Positions 59,471 through 64,000 of a stretch of DNA of 64,000 nucleotides are shown in pieces. How positions within the stretch are numbered: position 1 is the stretch's first letter; each line of letters starts with the position of its first letter. The DNA comes from Takakia lepidozioides (lineage: Eukaryota; Plantae; Bryophyta), in the NCBI GenBank assembly GCA_030704615.1, contig CM060732.1:52452001-52516000 (forward strand). Direction: 5' to 3'. Below the pieces are notes generated by a model. It saw only the letters and a program-made list of their open reading frames with translations, searched no databases and was not told the DNA's origin. Both the position numbers and the translations under genes were made by a program.

Positions 59471-60218
59471 TGTCGCGGCCCTTTGCCTTGAGGGCAGGGG
59501 GTCGGGACACATCAGGGGCTGCCCCTGTGGTGGGGGCAGCGGCAGCGATAGGTATGGGGGGGGGCTGAGGCACCCTTGAGTGCCCAAGGCACTCAGGGAA
59601 GCGGAGGCGCTCACTAGGTGGAGCCCCGCACACCGGGTTGCGGTGGGGGTGGCTCCACAAGCGTGGGGTTGCTCCACAGGGGTGGTGGTAGCTTAGTGGG
59701 ACTTAGTGGGGGTGGCATAGGACTCACCGTGGGGGCGGAGACCTCGTGGTGGGAGTCGTGGGGAGTCTTGGGACTCATCACGGTCCATTGGGGGCCGCGG
59801 TGAGTGGGCCAAGACTCACCGCGACTCACCACCGGGAGTCGAGGGTTTTCGTGGTGGTTCGCCATAAAATGGCATGGCTGGTTATGAAACCCCCGCGGAC
59901 AGCTACAGAAGTATATATAGGGAGTAGTAACCCCGAGAACGGTGCAAGCCCGTTGGTGACCAAAAACTAGTGAGTAAGCGAGCGAGCCGGAAAGCGACCA
60001 AAGAGTGGGGAGCTGTTCCGGACTGCCATCTACCAAAGGGAATTCTCCTAGTCCCAAAGAGGTGGAGGGTTTAGAGGGAAGCGAAGGGGGACCGTTATGT
60101 CCCGGTGAGCAGCCGAAGCTCCAAGTTGGCCCGGGCGGCCAGGTTGGGAGTCAGGCGCGCGCATCAAAGCGAGTAACTATGACTTGAAGGGGAGCTTACC
60201 GGAGTGAGGTGCGCGACA
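59471..60218 (+). repeat. 5' LTR (748 bp) of the nested Gypsy element
   Basis: TGTCGCG...CGCGACA inverted termini; TATATA box at about 59912; followed by a PBS. Confidence 0.92.
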
Positions 60219-60220
60219 CT

Positions 60221-60232
60221 TGGTATCAGAGC
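60221..60232 (+). other. Primer-binding site complementary to initiator tRNA-Met
   Basis: TGGTATCAGAGC, 2 nt after the LTR end. Confidence 0.92.
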
Positions 60233-63200
60233 TTAGAGTTCAGTACGCGATCGTCCTTGGGATTGGCCTCATCATGGGGTCGGGCAAGCCGAAGCGAAAG
60301 CGGAACGGCCCAAAAGATGATGATCCCGGTGAGCCCGATGGGGGCGACGTGTCACCGAGGCGGCCGTTTGAGGAAGCGATTAATGTTTCCGAAAACGAGG
60401 CCGCTCAGGAGCGGGAGGAATCCGAGGAGTCGGAGCCCGAGGAATCTTTGAGAGCTCCGACAAACCAAGAGATGCCTCCCATGCCGGCAGCCTTTTGGGA
60501 AGGGTTGTTGGCGCAGTTTGGCGGGACGTTGAAAGACGTGTTGAAGGCGGCTAATGCCACTTCCACCAAGGCAAAAGTTTAAGGTGAAGCCTAAGGAACC
60601 CGCACCTTCGAGGGCGTTCGAAACCGGAAGGCACTCAACACCTGGCTCCTGGAGCTAGAGCAGTACTTCCGGGCGGCCAAGTTGAGTGACGAGGATCGGT
60701 GGAAGTGGCTCCCACCTATTTGAGGGGCTATGCTCAACAATGGTGGCAGAAACGCCTTCACGACCGAGGCCCCAAGCCCGGAAACCTTGAACTGGAGTGA
60801 GTTCAAGGAATTGATGAGAGACAGTTTTTGTGCCCCTCAACGCATCCTTGCTTGCCCGGGACAAGATGAGGAATTTGAAGCAAACAGATGACATTCGGGG
60901 GTATGTCCAGGCTTTCAATGTGCTGTTGCTCGAAGTCGCGGACATGGCAGAACCAGAAATGGTCTCAACTTTGTGGCGGGACTGCCCCATGGGCTAGGCG
61001 GAAGTTGGAGGAGAAGCCACCCAAGACTTTGAACGAGGCAATTGAGAGAGCTGAATGTTCTCGGATGTCCCTAGGGGTGAGAGACAAGGCCGTACGGAGC
61101 TGAACCACAAGAAGACCCGGCGGGAAGGGACTCCTCCCGACCGGAAAAGAAGTGGGATAGGCCACGCGGCGAAAATGGCACGTGGAAATCGAAGGGAGGT
61201 CCTTCACACGTCAAGGCGGCACCCGGTGCTTCGAAAGGAAAAGCGGGTGGAGCGACTTATGGCGGACAGAAGGCGACCTTTGATGGAGTGTGTTTCAATT
61301 GCGGGGAGCCCGGGCACATGGCCAAGAAGTGCACGAAGCCCCGGCAATTGAACATGACTCGGGCGACCACGGAGCTGTCGGAAGATACCATCAGTCGCTT
61401 GGTGGAAGCGGTGGTCGCCAGGACTTGCAAGGTAGGCAAATTTTCTTGTGAGTTGTATCAGGAAACTGGCGCCTTACGAAAAGGGAAGTCAGTTATGGTT
61501 CGTGGATGGGGAGCGTCGCACTCCTTCATGACGGCGGCGGCGGCGCGAAAGTTGGGACTCCCGACAAGTGACGTGGGGGCCTCTATTGAGGTGCGCTCTG
61601 CCAAAGGAGAACCTCAGTTGGCGACAAGGTTGGCGTTTGATGTTCCTCTTCAACTGGGGAGTTGGGAGGGACGTGAGAACTTCACTATCTGCGAGATCGA
61701 TGGAGTGGATCTCATTTTGGGAATGACTTTTTGAGCAAATCCGGAGCGGTCATAGATGGCCGCAAGAGAGTAGTCACGCTGCCATGTGGGAATGGTGGCG
61801 AGGTTTTACGAGTGTCGGAAACGCCCAAATCCGTGGGAGGGCGAATAAAACCTTCTATCAGCAAAGGAGTGGGCCGTGGAGGAGACACACGGAGTCAGTT
61901 TTTGCTTTACATTAGAGAAGTGAAAGGAGAAGGCGATGGGGAGCCGAGCCCAGATTGGATCAAGGGGATTTTGGAGAAATACCAGGATGTGATGCCGGAG
62001 GAGGATTTACCAAGCGGCTTGCCACCGCGAAGAGGAGTTGACCACAAGATTGAGGTGATACCGGGATCGGGACCGCCTGCCAAGGCGCCCCTACCGGTTG
62101 AGCCACAGAGAGTTGGTCGAGCTGAAGACTCAGCTCAAGGATCTAATGTCAAGGGGTACATCCGGCCGAGTAAGTCACCTTACGGAGCCCCGGTGCTATT
62201 TGCAGACAAGAAGGATGGGACGCTGCGGATGTGTGCGATTACAGGGCTCTGAATAAGGTGACTATCAAAAAACCGGTACCCTTTGCCAAGGATCGACGAC
62301 CTCTTCGATCGGTTGGCAGGAGCGAAGTATTTCAGCCGGATCGACTGGCGCTCCGGCTATCACCAAATTCGGGGGCGGGGAAGGAGATGAGGAGAAGACC
62401 GCGTGCAGGACAAGGTATGGTTCATATGAGTTCTTGGTGATGCCTTTTGGGCTCACCAATGCACCAGCGACATTTAGCACGCTGATGAACAGCCTTTTCC
62501 AGGAGTGGTTGGATGACTTTTGATCGTGTACATCGACGACATCTTGGTGTACTCGAAAACAAAGGAGGAGCACCTGGAGCACCTCAAAAGGGTGTTCCAA
62601 AATTGCGAGAAGGGAAGCTGTATGCCAAAGCTTCAAAGTGCGAATTCGGGGTCACAAAAGTGGAGTTCTTGGGGCACGTGTGATTACACAGGATGGGATC
62701 AAAATGGATGACAGAAAGGTGAGGGCGATCTTGGACTGGGAGCCTCCGACTTCGGTCCGGGAGTGCGATCCTTCCTAGGACTCGCCTCCTATTACCGGAA
62801 GTATGTGAGAAATTTCGCCAAGATCGCGGGGCCGCTGTCGGACCTTCTGTGTAAATCCAAAGTCTGGGTATGGAACACATTTTGTGGCCAAGCTTTTGCT
62901 GAATTGAAGCAGCGGATGACGGAAGCTCCAGTCTTAAAAATCCCGGAGTTCGATCGTCCGTTTGAGATTCATACAGATGCATCAGACTTCGCAATTGGGG
63001 GTGTACTTATGCAAGATGGACGTCCAGTGGCTTACGAAAGTAAGAAACTGAATGAAGTGGAGCGACGGTGGCCGACGCACGAAAAAGAGATGAAGGCGGT
63101 GGTACATTGCCTTGAACTCTGGCGCCACTATGTTGGTTCCAACCCAGTGAAGGTGTTCACGGACAATGTCACGGTGAAGTATTTTGCCACGCAGCCCAAG

Positions 63201-64000
63201 TTGTCCCCAAAACAACTTAGGTGGCAAGATACTTTGGCAGTGTTCGACGTGGATATCCAGTACAAACCGGGACGGGACAATGTGGTGGCCGATGCTTTAA
63301 GTAGAAAGCAGAAGCTCTTGTTGGTGTACAAGGGCGAGACGGCGCTCCAAAGGAAGATCCGGAAGGCTTGCCGGAAGGATGAGCTGGCAAAGTGCGTGAT
63401 GCAGAACTTGAGAATGGGGGTTAAATCGCAGTTCCACTTGCAAAACGGACTGCTCCGGTATAAGCAAAAACGTCTCTATGTGCCAAAGGGAGGGATCAGG
63501 GATAGTCTCTTGAGAGAATGCCATGATAGCCCGCTTGCGGGCCACGGTGGAGCCAAGCGCACTGCGGCACTCTTGAAGAAAGAGTATTTCTGGCCCAAAC
63601 TGAGGGAGGAGGCAGAGGAGTATGTAAAGACATGCACCACATGCCAACAAAACCGGAGCGAGTATAAAAAGCAAGCGGGGCTGTTACAACCCTTGCCGAT
63701 TCCAGAGGGGACTTGGGAAAGCGTCTCGATGGATTTCATGACTGCTATGCCGCTGTCAAAAGGATTCGATGCAATCATGGTGGTGGTAGATAGGTTCAGT
63801 AAAATGGCCCATTTCATCCCCACCAAGGAGACGGCAACTGCGCAGGAGACAGGGCGACTTTACTTCGCCCACGTCTTAAAGCATCATGGAGTCCCGAAGG
63901 ATATTGTCTCGGACCGCGACCAAAGTTTACGAGTAAATTCTGGAGAGCACTTTGGAAGAAGATGGGGACGAGGCTGAAGATGAGCACCGCCTTCCGACCT

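Larger units (their letters stand above)
59471..64000 (+). mobile_element. Ty3/Gypsy LTR retrotransposon, chromovirus-like (gag, zinc knuckle, PR, RT, RH, INT), frameshifted, running off the window
   Basis: CFNCGEPGHMAKKC, GASHSF/DLILG, SPYGAPVLF, YIDD, TDASDFAIG, H-x6-H...CTTC, SMDF, VVDRFSK. Confidence 0.95.

Noticed and set aside
59253-59660. 135-aa ORF as a novel proline-rich methyltransferase
   Set aside because: It is a chimera of antisense LTR sequence and the interrupted DNMT domain.

Overview
This is land-plant nuclear DNA. The short introns, PLS-DYW PPR gene and purine-rich splice acceptors suggest a non-seed plant, possibly a hornwort (inference). Host genes are a small conserved plant protein, a PLS-E-DYW PPR editing factor with a terminal frameshift, an XIP-like aquaporin pseudogene, CutA, an 11-exon PAGR-like O-fucosyltransferase, TRAP-beta and a KCS. 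About half the window is transposon-derived. The standout is a Ty3/Gypsy-type family present as three partial copies (21950-25490 minus, 26060-31732 plus, 54235-59470 minus) plus one solo terminal unit (8936-9357). Its polyprotein reads protease - DNMT3-like cytosine-5 DNA methyltransferase - RT - RNase H - integrase - PHD finger. Its 3' end is not a normal LTR but PPT-A-GC-B-A around a palindromic GACA-GC-TGTC junction, resembling a re-opened circle junction or split direct repeat. Also present are a decayed L1-type LINE, a second Gypsy nested in the methyltransferase domain, CACTA and piggyBac remnants, MITEs, a 144-bp fold-back palindrome and a small plastid-derived mosaic. All calls come from reading motifs by eye; no searches were run.
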